NCBI RefSeq assembly: GCF_038025025.1
Contig: NW_027117345.1
Span: 868,001 to 932,000, forward strand
Direction: 5' to 3'
Source: Phyllosticta citribraziliensis
Lineage: Eukaryota
DNA: 64,000 nucleotides
The notes below the pieces were generated by a model that did no database searches, was not told the DNA's origin, and worked only from the letters and a program-made list of their open reading frames with translations. Below, piece by piece: positions 24,901-34,736 of this stretch. Within the stretch, counting starts at the first letter, position 1; each line of letters starts with the position of its first letter. Both the position numbers and the translations under genes were made by a program.

Positions 24901-27785
24901 AAATAGGTCAAGCAGGATAGACACGATTCCTGATGTCAAAAGCTCGTGGCTGGTGATACTCTCCAAGGCGTCTCCGTCGAAGTATTCGGCCATGCGTACA
25001 AAGAGATTGTCCTCCTGAATGGTGGATTCACCCGAGTACGCGGTTTTGATATCAGCTGCCAAGCCCTTGATGTCTTCCAAAATGGTTTGAGCCTTTCGGC
25101 GCATCTCGTAGCCTTCGTCGTTCTCATGGACTTCCAGGAACTTTTTGGCGCGGAGCGTCACCACGTCGTCGATGTTTGGAATCGGCGTACGTCCATAAGG
25201 ACGACCAGACGAAGACGACGAGTCTGAATCATCGTCATCATCGTGGTCATCCTCGTCTTCGTCGTCGTCCTCAGAGTGCATGTCGTCTTCATGCAGACCT
25301 TCCATTTCTCGGTCAATGTCTTCGTCGCCATCACTACTGACCCTGCTGGAGGATGAGAGTGGCTCGGCCTCAAGGGTGGGCTTCGGGGGTTTCGCCTTTT
25401 CCTTGTCATCGACGCTCTTCATTGGCCTATTAGCCAAAGTGGTGATTTCTGAAATGACACCTTCACGGTGAAACTGATACCAGTAAATCGAACCCAATCG
25501 CTTCAGAAGAAGCTCGGCTGCTTGCAACGCGTATGTGACTAGGTTGGGGTGGTCCTTTTCGGAGAGAATGGATGCCAGAAGGGACGCATAAGGAACAGCA
25601 CGGAGAGCTTCTTTGAGCGTCTCTTCGTCAAGGTTTGAGAGCATCTTGAGTTGCGCCGTGAGAACCTTTTGGCGGACGCTCAAGTTGACTGTGCTGGAAT
25701 ACGCGTCCGTGAGTGTCGGAAGCAGGATGACAGCAAAGCGGCGGAGCTCATCTTTACACTCCTCTAACATTTCAACCCTTTTCAAGTTGGGTGTCTTGCG
25801 AGACCGGTGGGACATGGACATGTACTCGTCCCCAGGATAGCCGGCGTCCATGATGTCGTCCAGGTACGTGAGACCGTCTTTCTGAACATCGGGAAGGAGC
25901 TCGCAAATGACGTTCAAGGTTTCGAAAATTTGATCACGAGGACGATGAATGAGAGCTTGCATGATGACGACGCTGTCGATCTTGGTAGCGATGTCTTCGG
26001 TGCCGGTGGGTGGCGAAACACCGGTAAGAAGTTGATAGAGGGTGTCGACCACCTTCATCTTGAACAGCTCCACAGAGCGCCGAGGACTCTCCCGTGCGAT
26101 GATGGCAAGGGCCCGAAGGAGAAGGGTGTGAATGTTGGGTCCGATGAGGTTCATGGTGCCGGGGAGCAATAAACGCAGGATGGCTTGCAGCAAGTTTTCG
26201 CTGACCAATTCCTCTAGCTTGTCGCCTTGATACCGGAAGCTCTCAACGATTCTCGTCACACAGTAGCATCCTTGTTCAACTACGCGCTGGTCACTGCTGT
26301 TGAGCACCTCGAGAATCTTTGGCATGACGCCGGGGGTCGACATTTCTTCGGTGATCTTGGGCTCCGCCTTGACCTTTTCAAAGCAGTCTTCGGGAATGTT
26401 GCGACAGCAATTGGCGGCGGTGGTGACTGCTGTGCGTTGGGTAGCCATCGGGAAAAAGTCGAGATGGTTAAGGCAAGCCTCTAAGCCATCTTCGCGAACA
26501 ATCGAGGCCGGAAATTCTTCAGAGATGGTTTTGAGAGCCTGGCACGCATTAGCTTGATGATTCTAGGTCAAGGATTCAGACTTACACTCAGGGCATGCTC
26601 GGCCGCATCAATGTAGAAGAATCCCTCTGGCGTGTTTAGAGACTTGAGTTTCTGGCACAAGACGGGGACCGCCCCGCCGTAGACCACGTTGGCCGTAGTC
26701 GCAGGAAGGTTGTCCACCATGTTTGCGATGCACTGGCACGCCAAAGTGATTTGCTCGACAGACTCCTGACCGTCGAGAGCGAACTCGTTTGGTTGCATGA
26801 GAGAAACGAGCTCTCGAACGAATTGGTCAGGCTGGAAGTGGCCAGCAAGGTCTTCTCCAGGTGTCACAAGTAAAATGTTGTTGAGGGTCCCAAGGGCTTC
26901 CACCTGCACCATCGGATTGTCTTTCTGTCTCAAGTTCTCCAAAATGCTGCGCATTTGCGATTGGGAAGACATGCCCGACATCATGCCACTAAGAGCTCGC
27001 AACGTGCTCGACAGTCCAGCATGGCCACCATGACGGCCGAGGAAGCCTCCAAACGGGTCGTCATCGTCGTCGTCGTCGTCGTCTTCATCCTCGTCATAGC
27101 GAGGAGGGACGCCTTCTCCAGCACTGTCATCGCCTCTGTCTCCGTCATCTTGTCCTTCAGCATTGTCATTATCGTCCCTCATTGCAACATCCTCGTCGGC
27201 CTTTGACTGCTTCTTTGCACGGCGGGTCGACTGATGGCCTGCGGTGGAGCCTTCTACAGATTCGAGGATTAGCCGAGACGATTGGGTTGGAACGACAGCA
27301 GACAAGGACGACGACAGACCTAGGGCATCCTTCTTGCGGTTGCTCTTGCGACGTGACGAGGACGGCGAGGCAGCGGGGGCTGATGACTTTTCCTCTGAAG
27401 GTCCCGACGATCTGCGTGGATTAGCGGGACGAGTCTCGGCCGGCGTGGAGTCGAATTCGTACCCAGCGCCACTTGACATGGCCGATTCTGGTTTGCCTCT
27501 CCTCCGACCAGTTGTAGCGGGTGAGGCTTGAGCAGGAGGGTCAGGCGCGTCAAGCTTGACCTTTTTGGAGCGTCTCGAAGCTGAAGCTGTGCGAGCGGCA
27601 GACGAGGCCGGCTGGGGATCGGGGTGGTGGACAACGGGGCTGGTGTCGCGAGCTTGAGCTTTACGCTTTCGCGACGAAGGAGGTGCACGGGCAGGTGTTG
27701 CGGAGGGCGGGTGACTGGGCGGCTGATTGGAGGAAGAACCTGCTGCTGAGAGCCTCGCCGAAGAGCGAGTCACTCTTGAAGACAT
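21938..27785 (-). CDS. UFD4: HECT E3 ubiquitin ligase Ufd4/TRIP12. Exons 27785-27463, 27411-27320, 27253-26586, 26538-22188, 22134-21938
   Basis: ARM-like N-terminus (YGGAVPVLCQKL..YIDAAEHAL), FVNTKLTAKLNRQLEEPL, and a HECT domain (LEVEYFEEVGTGLGPTLEFY ... FVTGSPKLPIGGF ... YLPSVMTCVNYLKMPDYS ... GQGAFHLS). Four GT-AG introns. Confidence 0.95.
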
Positions 27786-29228
27786 GAGAAATTGTTTGTG
27801 CTGATAGCGAAGTGGTTGCGGAAGCTGACTGAAGCCCTGATGGCGATGGGCGTTGCAGGCGAGCGGGTCAAGGAAGGCAGGAGGAGGGTGGGGTTGCTGC
27901 AGACGGTCGCAGCCGATTCAGGGTGGGAGCGAGATGGAAAAGTGGTGGGGCGGTACCTGGAAGACTTGGGCGACGAGGCGGAAGTAGTGTTCAGCTGTCC
28001 AGGTGGTTGTGGTGATTGACACTCCCGGTCCATGCCATAAATCTACGACCTGGCGGCCATAGGCGAAGCGAGCGGGCAGGTGGTCGAAACGGGAAGCGGT
28101 GGGCGGGCGGGTGGCTCTCGGGGGCCGCTGCAGTGTGGGCTGGGTGGGACAGATGGAAGGGGAGGATGGGCGAAATGGGGGACAGAATTGTGTGTGCGGA
28201 GGAGGGAGTGGGTGTTGAGGTCGTGGCAGTGGCAGTAGTAGGTGATGGGACGACGTTATGTCGGCCAGTCGTGCTTGCCCCAGGCGGGCAGCGTTACGAG
28301 GGGTCGCGCCTGACTCAGCGGCGTTTTGTCACGCTGGGGATACTGCGGTGCTGTGAGCTGGGGTGGACGAGGCCTGACACAATTCGTGGCACGCACGACA
28401 TGTTGGTCTAGAAGCCAGTCTACACACGTACGTATGTATCATTTGTTCCGTCTACCTGGTTCGAGGGGGCGTCGTGTCCCGGGCCTTTGCTACTATACCG
28501 CCACGAACAAGTCACGATGGCCCCGAGGTGCTAAGGTAGGTAGCCCACCACCATGGATATCGAAAGATACCTATGAGACTCCCAGAGTCTGGCTGCAGCA
28601 ACGAACGACTGCTCTCCAAGCGCAACTGCAGCAGCGAATGAATGCTCACTGCGTTGCCAGGGGGTATCATGTCTTTCGACGCCCACTGTGAGCCCAGCTC
28701 CCGCCAGTCGGGCAACCTAATGCCCTGCCCGCCGTCAGGTTGGGTGTAGACAACAGAGGAGCACTCATGGCTTGTCCAGGATTTGTAATGCAAGCATGCC
28801 GTTTTCGCGCCGTTTGGCCACCTCAACAATCGTACTGTATGAATGGCGTCGATCATCGTGACTCCGTCTCCATCAAACAGACTTTCCGTGTCGGCCAGCG
28901 ACCGGGAGGCTTCGTGCGCCGGGCTGCTCCCACAGCGTCAACTTGTAGCCGGTCGCGTGCTAGGTACTGCTGTGGACAGCCACGTCCTGGCCGGCCTGCG
29001 ACCTAATTCCGCGACTAGCATCCATATTTCCTCGCACGCCCGCGCCTGTGCATCCATCCTCCGCTTCGTGCACGCCCACCTTCACCACTCCGTCCGATCC
29101 GTCTGCCGCTATCGCTACCGTCTCGGACGTCATACCCTTCGACTCACCATCGTTCCGAGAACGAACCTCACCCCAACCACCGCCCATACCCAGGCCTACT
29201 GCCTCTTCCACCCCCGACTCAACTACTC

Positions 29229-30896
29229 ATGGCGCAAGCACACCAGGATGCTGCCCTCTCCGCCGCGGCCCCCGCACCCGACGTCGACAATGCGGCGACG
29301 ACCACCCACCTGGAGCTGGAAGGCTACGAGTTTCCCACCCACAGGTTGAAGAAGTGCCTGAGCGATAGCGGGAGGACGCCGTTGGTCTTGGTCGCATGCG
29401 GCTCCTTCAGCCCCATTACCTATCTGCATCTGCGCATATTCGAAATGGCCCTGGATTGGGCCAGGTACAACACGGAATTCGAAGTCGTCGGTATGGAGAG
29501 CCGCTCCCGCTCGCTGGTCCACAACACCGCTAACACAAGGACTCGCGCATAGGTGGCTATGTTTCGCCTGGTAAGTGCATCATTGCAAATTTGACATGAT
29601 GGGAGTACTGACACGCTCGTGCCCAGTTGGCGATGCCTACAAGGTACGATTACACCGCGCCCGCCCATGCGCCGTACGACGAGGCAATGCGGCTCCGCAT
29701 TTGCCATTTACCATGTGTGTTTCGCAGCTCTATCGGAGCCGGGCGTCTGCGAAATTTCCGGATCTCGCAACAACGCTCGGATCTGATATTGGCTGCTGCT
29801 TGGCGAAGCCTTGGGGGAGGCGTAGGCCTGCAGATGGGGCTCGTCATCCCGGGGCAATGTCCCACCAAGCGCAGCCTTGTATCGCACTGCTAGATTGCAG
29901 GACGACACACATTGTGCATTTCTACTTGGTGACCACGGGCTGACATATCGCAGAAAGCAGGATTGGCAGAGGCACGCCACCGCGTTCGCATGTGCGAGCT
30001 CGCTGTCGAAGACTCGTCATGGATAGCCGTTGACAAGTGGGGTAAGAGATGTCTGGCCTTTTCCGATGATGAGACCTGCTCACGTGACTAGAACCACTCC
30101 GCAAGGAATACCAGCCCACGGCCGTTGTACTGGACCATTTTGACCACGAGCTGAACGAGGTGCGTGGCGGCATTGAAGACTACACGGGCCAGAAGAGGAA
30201 GGTCCGGGTTGCTCTCCTCGCCGGTGGTAAGTGTTTGATGTGCGCGATTCCAGATACAACAATCTGACACTTGTGAAGCGGACTTGATCCAGACAATGTC
30301 AACACCAAGTAAGTCTGATCAACTGAAAATCATGTGAAATTCTAGTGCTAATATGGTTTCAGATCTTTGGGCACCCAAGGATCTCGACCACATCCTGGGT
30401 CACTGTAAGCAACATGGCATGCGATTGCTTTTTGACATGAGCTGACGCAGCTGCATAGATGGCGCCTTTATTGTGGAGAGAGAAGGTAAAGTTACAGGGT
30501 GCTTGAAATGAATGAAGCTTATTCTTCGCTAGGCACGGACATTGATGACGCGCTCGCCAGTCTCCAACAGTGGCGGGACAACATCTAGTATGTCACACGG
30601 TGGCATGCGCTTGCTCCTTACTGACTATTAGCAGTGTGATACACCAGCTCGTCAAGAACGACGTCTCCAGCACGAGAATCAGGTTATTCCTCAAGAGGGA
30701 CATGTCCATTCGCTACCTCGTCCCCGAGCCAGTGATCAAGTATGGCAACATCCTTGGCTCTGCGCAAATGTGCTGACTTGATGCAAGGTACATTGAAGAC
30801 AATGGTCTCTACAACGACGACGCTGCCTCTACTCACGAGAAGGAAAAGACCGAGGCGAAGGGAAAGGCGAACGCAGCTGCGTCCAGCTCCGCATGA
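29229..30896 (+). CDS. NMA1: Nicotinamide/nicotinate mononucleotide adenylyltransferase (NMNAT). 11 exons: 29229-29490, 29553-29570, 29627-29643, 29954-30041, 30092-30226, 30279-30308, 30363-30404, 30459-30485, 30533-30587, 30635-30739, 30788-30896
   Basis: Spliced product has LVACGSFSPITYLHLR, GGYVSPVGDAYKKAGLA..HRVRMCELA, VDKWE, VLDHF, LLAGADLIQTMSTP.LW, YGAFIVER and NDVSSTRIRLFL..SIRYLVP..VIKYIE..LY. All ten introns are GT-AG and the frame is maintained throughout. Confidence 0.93.
29644..29953 (+). other. Long, highly base-paired intron 3 of NMA1 (candidate structured cis-regulatory RNA)
   Basis: 310 nt versus about 47-62 nt for the other nine introns, with multiple 8-12 bp helices found by eye (see findings). 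Confidence 0.55.
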
Positions 30897-32075
30897 CGGC
30901 CGACATGAGCAAGAGACTTCATTTTTTCTTCGTCAAGCTTGAAAAGCTTTGGCGCTCGAGGCCCGGTAGCGCCTGTCGCGCTACCGCGCTCTCTAGATTT
31001 TTACACGGGCCCGACACGAGACAATGTTTTTTATACCCAGGCAAGACCAAACTCATGGCCAGGGCGGTAAGCAACGACTGCGTTGCGATCGATTTTTACT
31101 CTTGAAGATTCGCGTCTCGTGGAGACGCAAGGAAAGCTTGCGACTGGTCATGGGGTAATGTAGCCACCAGCATAGGAATGCACATACTATTCGGATTATT
31201 CAGAATCCTCCCTTTACTACGCTGCAACCAAGGCTCCATTGCAAAAGTCGTGGCACACAATGAGAGTAGGGAGTCAGCCACGCCCATAGAAAGCATTCAT
31301 TTGCGCCAACAGACGACTGATGGGGAGCATTCATACGCTGTTACTGACAACTAACAGGGAGCATTCGAGTGTCCATGAGTGTACAGGTAGTGATTGGGAA
31401 GTTGTGTGTGCCACAACTTTTGCTACCAGGCCCCGAACGGTCGAGATACCATGTGGCGGCGACTAAGCCAAGAAGAGGGTATGGAAACGAGGCTTGATGC
31501 GGGTGAGACGCCAGCATATGTAACTATTCCCGGCGCCACATTATCACGTTACGTCGCGCAGCAAGTACAATCTCGAAGCGCTTATCGCTGCAGCAGCGAA
31601 TTCAAGCAGAATCGCCGTCTGTCCGCACATGTTGGGCAGTAGAGCTTTCCGAGGTCCAAGTGGCAGGTCAAGGATGCGCTGCCTTTGAGAGCGGGTAATG
31701 ACGCACAGGCCGACGAGGATCCCCCATCCACCTATGCGGGACCATCATCACGGCACTGTACCCTGGTTGCTTTGGCAACTGTTCTTGCGCCTCGCGCAGC
31801 CTGCAACACCAGATCAGCCGGCTCTTTTCTGTGCACATTGAATCCACAGCTTCAATCGCTTGATCCAATGCTTTTTGCGTCTCCGGGACCTATTCCTGTC
31901 GTTTGCTCTTCGTAACAGCCAGCACATCAGCCAATCGCTTCCCGGTCCACTCCCCAGCCGACATACGCGCCTACACCAACCTCCTAGACAACACGTCCGG
32001 GCCTTTCTCTCCTGCTGCACGCACCGAAGCCATTTGCACGACTAGACTTCTGCTCAGTATTTTTGGGTGCAAAAA

Positions 32076-34736
32076 ATGCCCCGCGACAATACCCAGTCTC
32101 ATTCTCCGCGGCATCGTGCCCAGGACTCGTCTCGCGAACGAGATACACGACAGCGTCGCCGGCGCAGCTCTCGCCCCCACGACAACAGCGACCGCGAACG
32201 CGACTACGTGTACGAAAGCGACACACCACGCCGCGGCGAAGGCCAACGCCGTGCCCGCGGCCATCGCGCCACCGACTCGAGCGGCAATCACTTGCCGCCG
32301 GTAGCCCCAATCCGTCCTCCTCCCACTTACGACTCGCCCTACCACAGCTCTTCGCCCTCACCCACCAAGGACCGCCGGCGACACCATCACCGCAGTGGAA
32401 CAGATACGCCGGCAAGCAGGGATAGCGGGGCAAGCGGAAGACCTCTGCTGAGCGGCGATGCGCTGGCACAGCTAGATCAGCTGAACGCGCGGACCGGCTG
32501 GAAGTCTGCTGCCTACGATGATAATTACCTGAAGGAGGTGCGGGACCGGGAGGCAGCGTTGGAGAAAGACCGCCTGAGAGAAGAAAAAGAAGCAGCAAGA
32601 AGGGAGAAGGAGGAAAGAAAGCAGAGGAGGCTGGAGCGCGAAAAGAGAAAGCAATACGAAAGAGAAATGGGCTTTGCGGCTGCAGCGGCGGATGATGGAA
32701 TCAGGGTTCGGGGAGACGACGGCATCAGAGTCGTCGGCGAAGACCACGACAGAGCGAGGGGCGACGATGGCATAAGAGTCGTGGCGGATGATGGAGAGGT
32801 GTTTGAGCCTTACACTGATGACCCTTACACGACTGACTCGAGGGAAGAGAGAAGACGCAGGCGTAGGGAGTACTCTGAAGACGAAAGAGACAAGAGACGT
32901 AGACGACGGAAGGAGAGAGCCCTGGCTACGGGTGCCGAAACCAAGAGCCGCAATTCAAGAATCGTCAGTGGCACGCATCTCGAAAAAGGCGGCGAAGAGT
33001 ATCAACATCGCACGCATCATCGAGGAGGTGGCGGTAGCGGCGATGGAAGCAGCGATGGCTACGACGAAAAGTTCCCCCGTGAATCTTTCTGGAGTAAGAT
33101 AAAGAGGAAGAAGTGGCTCGTCATCACTGGCATCGTCATTCTCTTGCTTCTCATCATCATCCCCGTCGCCGTCGTGATTGGAGGCAACAAGAAGAGCGAC
33201 GACTCCTCGAGCCCTTCGTCTTCCTCGCAGTCATCGAAACCGGACAACAGCAACCTCAACGGCATGTCGGAGGACGATATCCCCAAATGGGCTCAAGGCG
33301 GGTTGCTAGACCCGTTTGCCTGGTACGACACGGTCGACTTCAATGTGACCTTTACCAACGAGACCGTCGGCGGTCTTTCAATCATGGGCCTGAACGACAC
33401 GTGGGACGATACAGTACGGGCCAACGACCGTGTTCCGGCACTGGACGGGGAGTTCAAGTACGGCGAGATGCCCATTCGCGGAGTCAACGTTGGGGGCTGG
33501 CTGAACATTGAGCCCTTCATCACGCCGTCCTTCTTCGAGTCGTACAAGACCAGCGACGGCGTGATAGACGAGTGGACGCTGTGTACGAGCATGGGCGCCT
33601 CCAAGTGTAAGACCAATCTGGAAGAGCACTACTCGTCGTGGATCACCAAGCAGACATTCGTCGACATCCGCGCCGCGGGTTTCGACCACGTGCGGATTCC
33701 ATTCAACTACTGGGCCGTGACGACGTACGACGGCGACCCGTACGTGCCCAAGATCGCGTGGCGCTACCTCTTGCGCGGTATTGAATACGCGCGGCAGCAA
33801 GGACTTCGCGTCAACCTCGACCTGCACGGGTTGCCAGGCAGCCAGAACGGATGGAACCACAGCGGACGACAAGGCGCAATCGGCTGGCTCAATGGGACCG
33901 ACGGCGCACTCAACGGCCAGCGCAGCATCGACATACACAACCAGCTGTCACAATTCTTCGCGCAGCCGCGTTACAAGAACATCATCACACTCTACGGGCT
34001 GGTCAACGAGCCACGCATGGTAGAGCTCAAGACGCAAGACGTGCTGGACTGGTACGACAAAGTGATCCCAACCATCCGCGGCAACAACTACACCGGCATC
34101 CTCGTCTTCGGCGACGGGTTCCTGGGGCTGGACAACTGGCAGGGGAAGCTGCAAAACTACGACAACCTGCTGCTCGACGTGCACCAATACGTCATCTTCA
34201 ACGTGGACCAGATCGTGCTGTCGCACGCGGAGAAGCTGCAGTTCGCGTGCAAGGGGTGGACGCAGCAGAGCCTGCGGTCCATGGACAAGACGACGGGGTT
34301 TGGGCCGACCATGTGCGGCGAGTGGAGCCAGGCCGACACGGACTGCACGCAGTACATCAACAACGTGGGGTGGGGCACGCGCTGGGAGGGCACGTACAAC
34401 ACGGGCAACAGCTCGACGTCGGTCCTCAGCCCGACGTGCCCGTCCAGCAACAACCCGCGCTGCGACTGCGACCCGGCCAACGCCGACCCCTCGCAGTACT
34501 CGGACACGTACAAGTCGTGGCTCATGGACTTTGCCCTCGCCCAGATGTACAGCTTTGAGCAGGGCTGGGGCTGGTTCTATTGGACCTGGAAGACGGAGAA
34601 GGCGACTCAGTGGAGCTATGAGGCGGGCATAAAGGCGGGTATATTGCCGCAGAAGGCGTGGGATCGCTCCGCCTTTCAGTGCAATACTAGCTCCATTCCG
34701 GATTTCTCGAAGCAGGGCCTGCCGGAGTACTACTGA
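32076..34736 (+). CDS. exgD: Membrane-anchored GH5 glucan 1,3-beta-glucosidase (ExgD type), intronless
   Basis: Long charged N-terminus and a single TM (WLVITGIVILLLLIIIPVAVVI), then GH5 motifs IRGVNVGGWL.IEPFITPS, DHVRIP, LDLHGLPGSQNGWNHSG, LVNEP, DVHQY, CGEWS and GWFYWTWKTE. Confidence 0.93.
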   Translation: MPRDNTQSHSPRHRAQDSSRERDTRQRRRRSSRPHDNSDRERDYVYESDTPRRGEGQRRARGHRATDSSGNHLPPVAPIRPPPTYDSPYHSSSPSPTKDRRRHHHRSGTDTPASRDSGASGRPLLSGDALAQLDQLNARTGWKSAAYDDNYLKEVRDREAALEKDRLREEKEAARREKEERKQRRLEREKRKQYEREMGFAAAAADDGIRVRGDDGIRVVGEDHDRARGDDGIRVVADDGEVFEPYTDDPYTTDSREERRRRRREYSEDERDKRRRRRKERALATGAETKSRNSRIVSGTHLEKGGEEYQHRTHHRGGGGSGDGSSDGYDEKFPRESFWSKIKRKKWLVITGIVILLLLIIIPVAVVIGGNKKSDDSSSPSSSSQSSKPDNSNLNGMSEDDIPKWAQGGLLDPFAWYDTVDFNVTFTNETVGGLSIMGLNDTWDDTVRANDRVPALDGEFKYGEMPIRGVNVGGWLNIEPFITPSFFESYKTSDGVIDEWTLCTSMGASKCKTNLEEHYSSWITKQTFVDIRAAGFDHVRIPFNYWAVTTYDGDPYVPKIAWRYLLRGIEYARQQGLRVNLDLHGLPGSQNGWNHSGRQGAIGWLNGTDGALNGQRSIDIHNQLSQFFAQPRYKNIITLYGLVNEPRMVELKTQDVLDWYDKVIPTIRGNNYTGILVFGDGFLGLDNWQGKLQNYDNLLLDVHQYVIFNVDQIVLSHAEKLQFACKGWTQQSLRSMDKTTGFGPTMCGEWSQADTDCTQYINNVGWGTRWEGTYNTGNSSTSVLSPTCPSSNNPRCDCDPANADPSQYSDTYKSWLMDFALAQMYSFEQGWGWFYWTWKTEKATQWSYEAGIKAGILPQKAWDRSAFQCNTSSIPDFSKQGLPEYY
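32691..32794 (+). repeat. Coding tandem repeat DDGIRV x3 in the ExgD N-terminus
   Basis: GATGATGGAATCAGGGTT / GACGACGGCATCAGAGTC / GACGATGGCATAAGAGTC. Confidence 0.8.

Noticed and set aside
29791..29876. Cloverleaf resembling a tRNA inside the NMA1 intron
   Set aside because: No TTCG T-loop, no A/B boxes and no canonical arm lengths. Kept only as a generic multi-way junction.
4518..30896. NAD-related cluster (Tna1-family MFS plus NMNAT, with the distant HET domain)
   Set aside because: The genes are over 20 kb apart with unrelated genes between them, and the permease substrate cannot be assigned from sequence.
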